From IMG/VR virus record IMGVR_UViG_3300032087_005129: a DNA stretch of 64,000 bases. One strand, written 5' to 3'. Below are positions 46,995-55,708 of the stretch, one piece after another. This stretch comes from a virus. Position numbers and translations under genes: made by a program. Position 1 is the stretch's first letter, and every line of letters begins with the position of its first letter. Under the pieces are notes generated by a model. The model made no database searches. It saw only the letters and a list, made by a program, of their open reading frames with translations, and was not told where the DNA came from.

Positions 46995-49328
46995 TTAGGA
47001 AGCAACCGCCGCAATGAATTGATTGGCGAACACGCGGGCAGCCTTGCCGCCACCCAGTTGCTTCTTGAAGGCATTCTTGACTGACTTCAAGCCAGCATTC
47101 TCTTTCAGCCCTTCGAGAGCCTCAGAGTTGTCTTCAATACTGATGTTCTTGGATTCGATTGTGAAGTGAACATCGAAATTCTTGTGATTGTCACGCTTGA
47201 TGAAGCCAGTCTCGGAGAAGTTTTTCAACTGCTCTTCGGACAGGCCCATGCGTTGGAGCCACCACTCACTCGTTTCGCCTTCAGCAGCCTCCTTCATCGC
47301 CTTTTTCAATTGACTCTGGCTGCGGAAGTTGCTGGCGAGATGAATGCCGATCAGATTAGCGCCAGTACGATCACGAATGACTTCGAGCAATGCTTCATCG
47401 CCGTGATTGAACCACTTACGACCTTGAGCCGCATAAGAACTCAATGGGTACAAGTTGCCAGTCACGGGATCACGCAATACGACCTTCTTCGATTGGCCGT
47501 TTTCATCCCAACGAACATAACTCTCATTGCGAATCACTTTCGTTCCGTCGCCGTCAGTCAGAAACAGGACGTTGGTGACTTGCACGCCAGTCTGCTTTTG
47601 AAACTGAGGAACGAGATGAGCGGCCGAAAGCATCGCCTCTTGAAGTGGCGTGCCAGTCAGACCGATCCAGCGAGGTGGGTGACAATCAGAGTAGTGCAAA
47701 CGATTCTTGGCATTGCCGCAATAGTAGTCACGAATGGTCAACAGGTTGCGCCAGCATTGACGCCACTTCGCACCCTTCAAGGATGTCGAAGCAAACTGCC
47801 AAAGTTGAAATTGATTGTTGAATTCATTGCCAGCAAACTTCGATGACCAAAGTTGACGATTGTTTTCATCATCTTCGGGACGGAACGGGTTGCCGTAATA
47901 GCCAGGATCAGCGAAGGCGTAAACTTCACAAGGCAAGCCAGCCTTCTTGCAGAAGGCAATCATATTCAGCAATTGGTCGAGAGTGTCACACATGTAATCA
48001 CTCATCGAGCCTGACCAGTCAAGGAAGAAAACGAAGCCGTGATTCTTGCCATCAGCAACCGTAGTGCGAGACAGGAAGATATTGTCATTGAACTTGTACT
48101 CGTGAAGACGATTCATGTTCAACATGCCAGTGCGAGACTCAGAAGTACGACGATGTTCATCGGCAGCCTTCTTCAATTCGAACTCTTTGACCATTGACAT
48201 GACCAAGGACTTGTTTCGTTTGTCCCAAGCCTTTTCACGCTCTTCTTGGCGATCATCAACAATGTGTTGAGTCAGTGTCTCATGCAACTTGCCAGCAGGA
48301 AGCACAATCTCAGACAGATCAGGAGTTGGCAGATCAAAAGTGCCGACTTGCATAGAGCCGTTCTCTTGTGAAGCCTGCTCAGACTTCGAACGCATTGCCT
48401 GATCGAAGTTTTCTTGAGACCAGCCAGGATCGCCCTTGCCGCCTTCGCCGTCAGCAGAGCCAGTGCTTTCAGTTGACTCGCCTTCATCGCTCTCGGCATT
48501 AGAGCCATCGTCGTTTGAATCTTCGCCTTCGAGAGAAGCATCGCCTTTGCTGTCGCCAGCATCGCCGTCGCTATCGCCTTCAGACTCAGAATCGCCAGAC
48601 TCAGAACTTTCTTGACCAGACTCAGAACCTTCTTGAGAAGAAGACTCACCAGTTTCGCCAGCCATGTCGCCAGCATCGGGGTTGTCACCACTCTCGACAT
48701 CAGAACTTACTTCTGGTTGCTTCTGGTCTTGGTTGCTCTTGGTGTATTCGAACAATTCTTGAGCCAGGGCTTCAACATCAGCCCAGGTATTCAATGAATC
48801 AAACTTCGAAAGCCAGACTTTTTCATCATCAGAGAACTGAACACCCGATTGGGTGCCAGCCTTGAAATGAATATTCAGTCGGTCGAGCAAATGGGCCCCG
48901 TCAGGTGACAGGTCCTTGTCAGAAGCACCGAAGAAGTCTTCCGCCCACAAGTGGCGATACCCATGCACGAATGAACGGCGAAGACCAGGATACTGTTTTT
49001 GAATCATTCGCTCGATCCGAACATCTTCAACAATGTTCAGACAAGTATGAGCCAATTTTTTGTCAGACGAGACTCCTTTAGAGACTCGCTTGACACCCTC
49101 AGACCAATCGTTGCTGTCGGTGTTGAGGGCATGAGAAACCTCGTGAGCAACGAATAGGTCGTAAACTTCGGAGGTCATGCCTTTCAACACTGGCAGAATC
49201 AACTCTCGATTCTCAAGGTCAAAAGCAGCAGTCTGGGCAGCCGAATCGTGCGTGACCTGAAGGTTCTCGCCAGCGAGAAGGCGGGCGAGCAGGTCTTTCG
49301 CAGTAGTGTTAGGGACTCGGGTACTCAT
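46995..49328 (-). CDS. HExxH metallopeptidase + acidic linker + vWA (MIDAS) protein, CobT-like partner of MoxR AAA+
   Basis: AHEVSH, NIVEDVRIE, Ser/Asp/Glu/Gly linker, LDWSGSM, GTPL, FLTDGDG. Confidence 0.88.
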   Translation of the reverse strand: MSTRVPNTTAKDLLARLLAGENLQVTHDSAAQTAAFDLENRELILPVLKGMTSEVYDLFVAHEVSHALNTDSNDWSEGVKRVSKGVSSDKKLAHTCLNIVEDVRIERMIQKQYPGLRRSFVHGYRHLWAEDFFGASDKDLSPDGAHLLDRLNIHFKAGTQSGVQFSDDEKVWLSKFDSLNTWADVEALAQELFEYTKSNQDQKQPEVSSDVESGDNPDAGDMAGETGESSSQEGSESGQESSESGDSESEGDSDGDAGDSKGDASLEGEDSNDDGSNAESDEGESTESTGSADGEGGKGDPGWSQENFDQAMRSKSEQASQENGSMQVGTFDLPTPDLSEIVLPAGKLHETLTQHIVDDRQEEREKAWDKRNKSLVMSMVKEFELKKAADEHRRTSESRTGMLNMNRLHEYKFNDNIFLSRTTVADGKNHGFVFFLDWSGSMSDYMCDTLDQLLNMIAFCKKAGLPCEVYAFADPGYYGNPFRPEDDENNRQLWSSKFAGNEFNNQFQLWQFASTSLKGAKWRQCWRNLLTIRDYYCGNAKNRLHYSDCHPPRWIGLTGTPLQEAMLSAAHLVPQFQKQTGVQVTNVLFLTDGDGTKVIRNESYVRWDENGQSKKVVLRDPVTGNLYPLSSYAAQGRKWFNHGDEALLEVIRDRTGANLIGIHLASNFRSQSQLKKAMKEAAEGETSEWWLQRMGLSEEQLKNFSETGFIKRDNHKNFDVHFTIESKNISIEDNSEALEGLKENAGLKSVKNAFKKQLGGGKAARVFANQFIAAVAS

Positions 49329-49335
49329 CACCTAG

Positions 49336-49363
49336 ATAATACATTCCCTGGCGGGTGTGTCAA
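49336..49363 (-). promoter_or_regulatory. Sigma70-type promoter of the vWA gene
   Basis: Minus strand TTGACA-16-TATTAT; ATG 8 nt downstream. Confidence 0.65.
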
Positions 49364-49402
49364 GTCAATACACTAAAAAAGAACGATTTTTGCTGGGGTT
49401 CT

Positions 49403-49421
49403 ATTGAGAATGAGTCTCAAT
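49403..49421. promoter_or_regulatory. 19-bp palindromic operator, Fur-box-like
   Basis: ATTGAGA-ATGAG-TCTCAAT between the divergent promoters. Confidence 0.5.
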
Positions 49422-49469
49422 CTCAATTACGGAATATACGGAATATTGACATTTTTTTGAGATATTGAT

Positions 49470-49497
49470 TTGACAGACTAGTGGCATACTGTATAAT
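49470..49497 (+). promoter_or_regulatory. Strong sigma70-type promoter of the AAA+ gene
   Basis: TTGACA-16-TATAAT. Confidence 0.8.
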
Positions 49498-49553
49498 CCA
49501 CTTGTGTCGGGGGCGATTGTCGCCCGTGACGTTTCCGTGTCTGAAAAAAAGGA

Positions 49554-50948
49554 GTGATTTCTACCGTGCCACGCCTAGTCGATAAATCTGAGTTCCTGAA
49601 TGCCGCTGCTGCGGCTGGGTTCTCACCCGAATCAACCATGACGCGGGCAGAAGTCAAACAAGTTTGTGCTGAGGCAGGGGTGACTCTTCCTCGGTGGCTC
49701 TTGAATGACGATGCTCACCGTGTCTCGCGTGGTGTTTACGCCCTCACTGCTCAGTCTGCTCCTGCCCCTGTGGCGGCGCCGACTGCACCTGCTCCCGTTG
49801 TCGAGGCTGTTTCAACTGCTACTGCTGCTGTTGAAGTTGTGTCTGAGATGGCTGGTCGGGTTGTTCCTGCCAAAATTCCTAACTACGTCCCGAATGGGCA
49901 TTACGGCGACATCAAGGCTATCCTTGAGTCTGGTCGTTTTTACCCTGCATTCGTGACTGGTCTTTCGGGTAACGGCAAGACTACCATGATCGAGCAAGTG
50001 TGTGCTGCTCTCAATCGAGAGTGTTACCGCGTCAACATCACTAATCTCACCGACGAAGATCAACTTCTCGGTTCGTTTGTCCTCGAAGATGGCAAGACTG
50101 TCTGGAAAGATGGCCCTGTTACTCTCGCTGCCCGTCGTGGCGCTGTGTTGCTGCTTGATGAATACGATCAAGCCACGGCGAAACTGATGTGTTTGCAGCC
50201 AGTTCTCGAAGGCAAGTCATTTATGATTCAGCGAATCAATGAAATCATCACGCCCGCTCCTGGGTTTACGATTGTCGCTACTGCCAACACTAAAGGGCAA
50301 GGCGATGATACGGGTCGATTCATTGGGGCCAACGTGATGAACGAGGCCACGCTTGATCGTTTCCCAGTTTGCCTTGAGCAAGCCTACCCTGCTCGTGCCA
50401 CTGAACGAAAAATCGTTGTTGGCATGATGAAGAATTTGGGCTGCGAAGATCGCAAGTTCGCTGACCTGCTGACCAAGTGGGCCGAGATGACTCGTGAGTT
50501 GTATTACGAGTCGGGCGAAGGCGAGATCATCACGACCCGTCGTCTTGAACACGTTGTCGGTGCGTTCGCCATCTTCGGTGATCGTATGAAGGCAGTCGAG
50601 ATGGCTACTGCTCGCTTCGATGAGGCGACAAAAGAAGCCTTCCGCGATTCCTATCGCGCCTTGGATGCAGAAGTTGACACGGAGACCGAGGCGGGTTCAG
50701 AACCCGCTTCGGCCACTTCTTCTCAATGTGGATCGAATCAACGTGTCCTCTTGAAGTGTTCATACAATGATCGTGACCAAGCGAAAGCATTGGGTGCCAA
50801 GTGGGATCCTAACTGTTCTTTCGGCAATTCGAAAGGCACCTGGGTTGTTGATAGCGAAGTCTACAACAAAGACCCTGAGGCATTCGATCAATGGTCGCCA
50901 ACGTTCGAAAATGTGAAGGAGTACCTGGGTTGCCCAGCACCTTTCTAA
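49554..50948 (+). CDS. MoxR/CobS-like AAA+ ATPase with extra N-terminal domain and C-terminal DUF5710-like domain
   Basis: GLSGNGKT, LLLDEYD, ATANTKGQG, NEATLDRF; tail YNDRDQAKALGAKWD; true start may be the GTG at 49566. Confidence 0.9.
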   Translation: MISTVPRLVDKSEFLNAAAAAGFSPESTMTRAEVKQVCAEAGVTLPRWLLNDDAHRVSRGVYALTAQSAPAPVAAPTAPAPVVEAVSTATAAVEVVSEMAGRVVPAKIPNYVPNGHYGDIKAILESGRFYPAFVTGLSGNGKTTMIEQVCAALNRECYRVNITNLTDEDQLLGSFVLEDGKTVWKDGPVTLAARRGAVLLLDEYDQATAKLMCLQPVLEGKSFMIQRINEIITPAPGFTIVATANTKGQGDDTGRFIGANVMNEATLDRFPVCLEQAYPARATERKIVVGMMKNLGCEDRKFADLLTKWAEMTRELYYESGEGEIITTRRLEHVVGAFAIFGDRMKAVEMATARFDEATKEAFRDSYRALDAEVDTETEAGSEPASATSSQCGSNQRVLLKCSYNDRDQAKALGAKWDPNCSFGNSKGTWVVDSEVYNKDPEAFDQWSPTFENVKEYLGCPAPF

Positions 50949-51024
50949 ATGATCTTCTGGTTGAATTGTCAGCCAGATTTGGAAAGAGAGAGTTTCAATA
51001 CTTTCTCGTGATTGGAGTTCTCTA

Positions 51025-51249
51025 TTGAAACCTACTACTGATGCAATTGTTTCATACAACGGCGATGAAGGCACCTACACTGTTGAGTTTCTGATGGTCT
51101 ACGACCATGCTCATGTGAAGTCTGTCGCCAGCATTGAAGGCTATCTGTCACGGGCAGAAGCCGAGCATGTTGCCGACAACTGGATTCACCGAAATTACAT
51201 TTTGGCGCCTTTGAGCGAGAATCTGCAAGACGGCAAAATTCCCTATTAA
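51025..51249 (+). CDS. Hypothetical protein
   Basis: GGAG RBS before a TTG start. Confidence 0.45.
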   Translation: MKPTTDAIVSYNGDEGTYTVEFLMVYDHAHVKSVASIEGYLSRAEAEHVADNWIHRNYILAPLSENLQDGKIPY

Positions 51250-51253
51250 TTAC

Positions 51254-51281
51254 TTGACACGTACCATTGGGATGGTATATT
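51254..51281 (+). promoter_or_regulatory. Sigma70-type promoter
   Basis: TTGACA-16-TATATT. Confidence 0.65.
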
Positions 51282-51312
51282 GAATCTAACACAAGAAAAG
51301 GAGTCATACAAC

Positions 51313-51528
51313 ATGGCTACACCCGAATACGAATCCGCAGACGAATTCTTTGAATGCATTGAAGACGCCTACGAGTATATGGATCCAGATGATCCTGACA
51401 ATTACGATGATGAGGACTACGAGCCTTATGATCTAGAAGAAGATGCCGATGACTATGAACGGCATCTAGACTATATCGACCATGATGAGTATTATGGCGA
51501 AGAAACCAACTGGCACCGAGACTATTGA
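51313..51528 (+). CDS. Very acidic 71-aa protein
   Basis: AAGGAG RBS; 31 Asp/Glu, 11 Tyr, no Lys. Confidence 0.7.
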   Translation: MATPEYESADEFFECIEDAYEYMDPDDPDNYDDEDYEPYDLEEDADDYERHLDYIDHDEYYGEETNWHRDY

Positions 51529-51542
51529 AAGGAGTCCTACAC

Positions 51543-51878
51543 ATGCCACGTACTGCTACACCTGTTACTGATTTGATCCCTGCCTACATTGCCTCTGCTC
51601 GGCAAGCAGGCTACAACCAAGACACCCTCACTCGTGCAGAGTGCCTTGACATTCGTGAGAAGACTGGTGCTTCTCTTCCTCGATGGCTTATGAAAGACGA
51701 TTCGCGTCGAGTTTCTAAAGGCGTCTATTCGATCCCTGAGTTGGTGAGTGATTCAACTTCGCCAGCCCCTATGACTGAACCTGCTCATACGGAACCAGTC
51801 GTAGAAGAGATGAATACGCCTGAGTCTACTGATGAGTCTCGCTGGGCTGCTGATGAACCAGCCTTTGCTGAGAACTAA
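51543..51878 (+). CDS. Stand-alone copy of the AAA+ N-terminal domain
   Basis: LTRAEC...LPRWLMKDDSRRVSKGVY vs MTRAEV...LPRWLLNDDAHRVSRGVY. Confidence 0.75.
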   Translation: MPRTATPVTDLIPAYIASARQAGYNQDTLTRAECLDIREKTGASLPRWLMKDDSRRVSKGVYSIPELVSDSTSPAPMTEPAHTEPVVEEMNTPESTDESRWAADEPAFAEN

Positions 51879-51929
51879 GTAGACATCGGCAGGGATGCGG
51901 CTGCCAAAACAACGCATACGGCCTAACTA

Positions 51930-52002
51930 GGTTCCGTAACTCAGTTGGTAGAGTAACGGACTTTTAATCCGTGAGTCGTGGGTTCGAGCCCCACCGGAGC
52001 CA
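51930..52002 (+). tRNA. tRNA-Lys(UUU)
   Basis: Acceptor GGTTCCG/CGGAGCC, D arm ACTC-AGTTGGTA-GAGT, anticodon arm ACGGA-CTTTTAA-TCCGT, T loop GGTTCGAG; CCA not encoded. Confidence 0.95.
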
Positions 52003-52096
52003 TTATGGTTTACCCGACAGCAACTCTTTGGACTGACATAGGGCGGAAAACGGTTTCTGCTCCGAGCGTTTGTGCTCCACACGCTTAGATAATTTT

Positions 52097-52124
52097 TTGC
52101 ATTTTACCCTCGGCATGTTATACT
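52097..52124 (+). promoter_or_regulatory. Sigma70-type promoter
   Basis: TTGCAT-16-TATACT with extended TG. Confidence 0.6.
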
Positions 52125-52144
52125 GAATTCAGAAAGGAATCTCA

Positions 52145-52801
52145 ATGTTAGTACCTAAACAGCCACACCCAAATATTTCAAACCCAGAAGTCACGAAGAT
52201 TCGCAAAGCAATGTTCAAGTACATGTCTGAATCTCTCGCAAGAATTCAGAAAGGCAACGAAGAGTACGACGAAGCAAAGACTCAACACTTTCTTCTGCAC
52301 GACATCACTGCACCCGAATCGAAAGTTGGCGTCTTTTTCAGTTTCGTAGAGAACGAAAAAGAATGGGGTCCCGATGAAGCGATTCGAATTGTTCAGCACA
52401 CCATCTATGTGAATGAGTATGGTCACACGAAGCATACAAACAATGGTCACAAAACACCATTCGAACATCCTATTAGATGCAATCGAGTACAAGGTCGTAA
52501 ACTCTGGGATCAATGCGTGAGGGGTGTCTTCACTGATCATGCTATGGTGATGCCTGATATCAAGCCTGCGATGATTGAGTACGCACAAGCAAGAATGGAC
52601 AATCCATACCCTGATCATATCAGCACAGAAGACTTAGAGAAACTTGATGAATCTATTTCACAGTGGGCTGATCGTACAGGTTGGGGTGGAAATGAATTTG
52701 AAGAAAATGTCTATGAAGAAATGATGGAACAATATCGCACATTCGTAAAGAAGTGTGAAGAAGGAGATGATTATGGATCAGACTATGCACTCAACGCCTG
52801 A
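52145..52801 (+). CDS. Hypothetical early protein
   Basis: AGAAAGGA RBS; GRKLWDQCVRG motif. Confidence 0.7.
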   Translation: MLVPKQPHPNISNPEVTKIRKAMFKYMSESLARIQKGNEEYDEAKTQHFLLHDITAPESKVGVFFSFVENEKEWGPDEAIRIVQHTIYVNEYGHTKHTNNGHKTPFEHPIRCNRVQGRKLWDQCVRGVFTDHAMVMPDIKPAMIEYAQARMDNPYPDHISTEDLEKLDESISQWADRTGWGGNEFEENVYEEMMEQYRTFVKKCEEGDDYGSDYALNA

Positions 52802-53054
52802 GGAAACCACTGAACAAATCACTCTGTCACAAGACAGTATGAACCTACTGAAAACAGGTCACTGGTGGCGCATGGTTCTTTCGACGTTTCCAAATGCCAC
52901 AATGTCGGTGAATGAGTGTGGTGAATTCGTGATTCATACAAACGCTTTTGAGAAAGGCTTTCGGCGTACACACAAGAAGTCAACGAGGCTTATTCTGGCT
53001 CTGACTGGACTTGTGACGGTTCTCTTTTGGTTGTTTGGAGGGTTTACTCAATGA
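52773..53054 (+). CDS. Hypothetical protein with C-terminal TM helix
   Basis: AAGGAG RBS; LILALTGLVTVLFWLFGG. Confidence 0.55.
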   Translation: MDQTMHSTPEETTEQITLSQDSMNLLKTGHWWRMVLSTFPNATMSVNECGEFVIHTNAFEKGFRRTHKKSTRLILALTGLVTVLFWLFGGFTQ

Positions 53055-53218
53055 ATCTCAATGATATTGTTTTTCGTGTTGTGACGTTTCTTCTTGGTCT
53101 GCTCTCGATAACTCTTTGTGTTGTCGCTACGGTCGAAGAAAGTCTTGTTGGGGCTGTGCTTGGTGCCTTTATGGTGTATGCTTTCTGGCTCTGGATTACT
53201 GGGGCTTGGCGTAAATGA
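53051..53218 (+). CDS. Small two-TM membrane protein
   Basis: GGAGG RBS; two hydrophobic helices. Confidence 0.6.
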   Translation: MNLNDIVFRVVTFLLGLLSITLCVVATVEESLVGAVLGAFMVYAFWLWITGAWRK

Positions 53219-53817
53219 AAGGACCTCAATTGTCGATGAATGCCCATATGGCGCGAGCATTCCAGAAGCGTGAAAAGAACCTTGAGATTGGAATGCTCTA
53301 TGAAACTCTGAGAGGTGTAGAGTTTGATTGGTCGGTACCTGCTAAGGCTCCAAATGGGTTGAAAAAAATTAACGAATTCATTGGGATGCCAGAAAAGAAA
53401 AAGAAGGCTTTGCTAAAAGGCACTCTAACGAATCCTTCGAAGATACTGGGTGACGAGAAAGCCAAAGAGGAGTTCTATGACTATGTGTGTAAATGGTATC
53501 ATGGCTACGCGGTTGAGAAAGACAACACTTGGGTAGAGTTCGATTGGATGTTGGTGTCGCCTCTTGGAAAGATTGTGACGTTTCGAAAAGGCGAAGACGG
53601 CCCTGTGCATCTTTCGATCAATTACTATGAATGGGATATGCCAGATTATTCTGTGACTTACCCGCATGTGCCAAGTTCGACCTTCGTTCGAATCGCATCA
53701 GAGCAGTATGTTGCAACCGAAGTTGCACGAAAGCGTTGGAATTATCTGGTGAATCTTGGCTTCACAAGAGTCGATGAGACACTTGCAGAAAAGATCAAGG
53801 CGATTCAAAGCCTCTAA
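53215..53817 (+). CDS. Hypothetical protein
   Basis: Coupled start; ARKRWNYLVNLGF motif. Confidence 0.65.
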   Translation: MKGPQLSMNAHMARAFQKREKNLEIGMLYETLRGVEFDWSVPAKAPNGLKKINEFIGMPEKKKKALLKGTLTNPSKILGDEKAKEEFYDYVCKWYHGYAVEKDNTWVEFDWMLVSPLGKIVTFRKGEDGPVHLSINYYEWDMPDYSVTYPHVPSSTFVRIASEQYVATEVARKRWNYLVNLGFTRVDETLAEKIKAIQSL

Positions 53818-53820
53818 AAT

Positions 53821-54288
53821 TTATTTTGGTTGAATCAAGTTCACGGTGAGTTGAATGAAATCATTTGACTCTTTGAGATTGGCTTTGTTTTGCCATTCAG
53901 CAGATTCTTTATCACTTTTGATCGGACCACCTTTTGCCCAAGTATGACATGATCTTGCAGAGTGACATTTGAAATGGTGCATCCAACAATAGCCAAGTTC
54001 ACCATCATCGTCGAAGGTGTCACCAGGCAAACAATCTTTCATTCGAGGTGAGATATCGAAAGCAACGCAGTTTCCACACAAAGATTTCTTGGCAGCCTTC
54101 TCAGTTGTCTTCCAATACTTTGCGATCTTCTCCCAGTAGTCACCAGGCTCGTCAACATTGAGAGGACCATAGTTGTACTTCTTGATCGTCGCATCACGAT
54201 TCTTTGTGTTGAGTTCTAGATCTTTTGCAGCAGGAGGACACTTGAGATCTTTTTCTTGCTCTAGCAGCAGACGTTGTGAAATGTGCAT
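53821..54288 (-). CDS. Cys-rich metal-binding protein with MHxxQRLLLE leader
   Basis: MHISQRLLLEQE; CGNC...C...GYC..HHFKC...C..W; ACTAAATA upstream at about 54323-54330. Confidence 0.7.
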   Translation of the reverse strand: MHISQRLLLEQEKDLKCPPAAKDLELNTKNRDATIKKYNYGPLNVDEPGDYWEKIAKYWKTTEKAAKKSLCGNCVAFDISPRMKDCLPGDTFDDDGELGYCWMHHFKCHSARSCHTWAKGGPIKSDKESAEWQNKANLKESNDFIQLTVNLIQPK

Positions 54289-54384
54289 GATTTCTCCAGA
54301 AAAAAAGTGCGTTTGTCAAGTAATATTTAGTATTTTTTCGTCTGTAGCGATTATTCTATCTGGCAAAAAAAAGCACAAAAAGAC

Positions 54385-54412
54385 TTGCACACCCCCCAAC
54401 AGATGGTATAAT
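54385..54412 (+). promoter_or_regulatory. Sigma70-type promoter
   Basis: TTGCAC-16-TATAAT with extended TG. Confidence 0.7.
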
Positions 54413-54444
54413 GAATATGTGAGGGGGATGAGAAAGGAATTCTG

Positions 54445-54537
54445 ATGTTTGATCTAGTGATATCTCTTCTTCTCTGTGTCGGCTTCTGTGCCGTGATGAC
54501 CTTGATGATGTATCAAGACTTCAAAAACAAGAGATAA
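54445..54537 (+). CDS. 30-aa single-TM peptide
   Basis: AGAAAGGA RBS; MFDLVISLLLCVGFCAVMTLMMYQDFKNKR. Confidence 0.55.
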   Translation: MFDLVISLLLCVGFCAVMTLMMYQDFKNKR

Positions 54538-54572
54538 TCGTTTTTCTGTTTCCCTCTAGAAGAAAGGACCCC

Positions 54573-54677
54573 ATGCTTTACTTGACTCTTTCTGTTCCCG
54601 TTCTCGCAATCGCGACCATTTTGGCTGGAGTTGTCTACGGTAGCACTCCGCACTTCCACCACTTGTCTCATCAGTGA
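54573..54677 (+). CDS. 34-aa single-TM peptide with His-rich tail
   Basis: AGAAAGGA RBS; MLYLTLSVPVLAIATILAGVVYGSTPHFHHLSHQ. Confidence 0.55.
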   Translation: MLYLTLSVPVLAIATILAGVVYGSTPHFHHLSHQ

Positions 54678-54691
54678 AAAGGAGTTTCAAC

Positions 54692-54763
54692 ATGATGACA
54701 CTTTACCTAGCACTTGTTTTCGCCTTCTTTCTTTTCATACCTGTTTTTACGGAGCATGACTAA
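54692..54763 (+). CDS. 23-aa single-TM peptide
   Basis: AAGGAG RBS; MMTLYLALVFAFFLFIPVFTEHD; stop overlaps the next ATG. Confidence 0.5.
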   Translation: MMTLYLALVFAFFLFIPVFTEHD

Positions 54764-55134
54764 TGAATGACATTTACCTTTGCAAATCTGTTGACACCGG
54801 CACCGAGTTCGGATACAAAGTAGCCAAGTTTCGGTTCACTGAAAACAACATGGCTACTGGTCGGCCTCTGATGAGGATTCGAACCTATTGCAGTTCAGAA
54901 GAAGAATACAACAATGAGAAACCTTTCGACCTCGTGAGAGATTACCGAAACGATACCTTTCTCTGGTCACTCAGCGAAGAGGTCATCGAAAAACTCAAAC
55001 GAATCGCTGGCTCGTTGGGCTACTACGAAGAAAGAATTACCCCTTCGGGCGACTACGATCTTGACAATGCCCGCGAGATCTGGAATGCTCTGGTCGAAGA
55101 CGGCTGGACTCGTCAAGATGAATGCCCCTTCTGA
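54763..55134 (+). CDS. Hypothetical protein
   Basis: AREIWNALVEDGW motif. Confidence 0.65.
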   Translation: MNDIYLCKSVDTGTEFGYKVAKFRFTENNMATGRPLMRIRTYCSSEEEYNNEKPFDLVRDYRNDTFLWSLSEEVIEKLKRIAGSLGYYEERITPSGDYDLDNAREIWNALVEDGWTRQDECPF

Positions 55135-55159
55135 ATGTTGATCAAACTGAGGAGAATCA

Positions 55160-55708
55160 ATGACTAATCAAAAACTAGCGGAAACTTTCCTGAGCATCAT
55201 AAACTCTGGTATCAAAATCGTTGAGCGGTATGCCGACGAGATGAAACAGGTTCGTGCGCCGAAGCCTCCTCTAGGCAATTCTAAGTCCAAGAAGTTCCTC
55301 AAGTTGCACAAACAATTTCAAGAAGAGTTGAAGAAGTGGGAAGAAAAATCAGCCAGATCTCTTCCTCGATATGCAAATCATCATGGCTATAGCAAATACG
55401 GGGCTTGTCACAACTTCTTCGGTGGTGGATTTGTTGAGAATCAACCAGACTTCTACAGTGAAGAGGGTGTGCCTGCAGGCTGGATTCAGTACAACGGCTG
55501 CTGTGCTTCTGGTGGAGAGTTCAATCTAATCACTGCTTATCAAGATCTTGATTGGATTGAAATTGATGGAGAGAAAGTTCCTCCTGTTGGCGTTCTTGCT
55601 ATGAAAGAATACGCCACCGATGAGGACTATCACGAGTTGATTCGCATCTGTGCGAAAGCAAGAGAGTTTTGTAAAACAGAGATCGAAAAGATCCTAAACG
55701 GAGAATGA
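55160..55708 (+). CDS. Hypothetical protein
   Basis: GAGGAG RBS. Confidence 0.7.
   Translation: MTNQKLAETFLSIINSGIKIVERYADEMKQVRAPKPPLGNSKSKKFLKLHKQFQEELKKWEEKSARSLPRYANHHGYSKYGACHNFFGGGFVENQPDFYSEEGVPAGWIQYNGCCASGGEFNLITAYQDLDWIEIDGEKVPPVGVLAMKEYATDEDYHELIRICAKAREFCKTEIEKILNGE

Noticed and set aside
49554-50948. cobS as a cobalamin-synthesis auxiliary gene
   Set aside because: No cobN or other cob genes are present; motifs fit a generic MoxR AAA+/vWA pair
52003-52090. Second tRNA or ncRNA after tRNA-Lys
   Set aside because: Only weak short hairpins; no cloverleaf or T-loop motif
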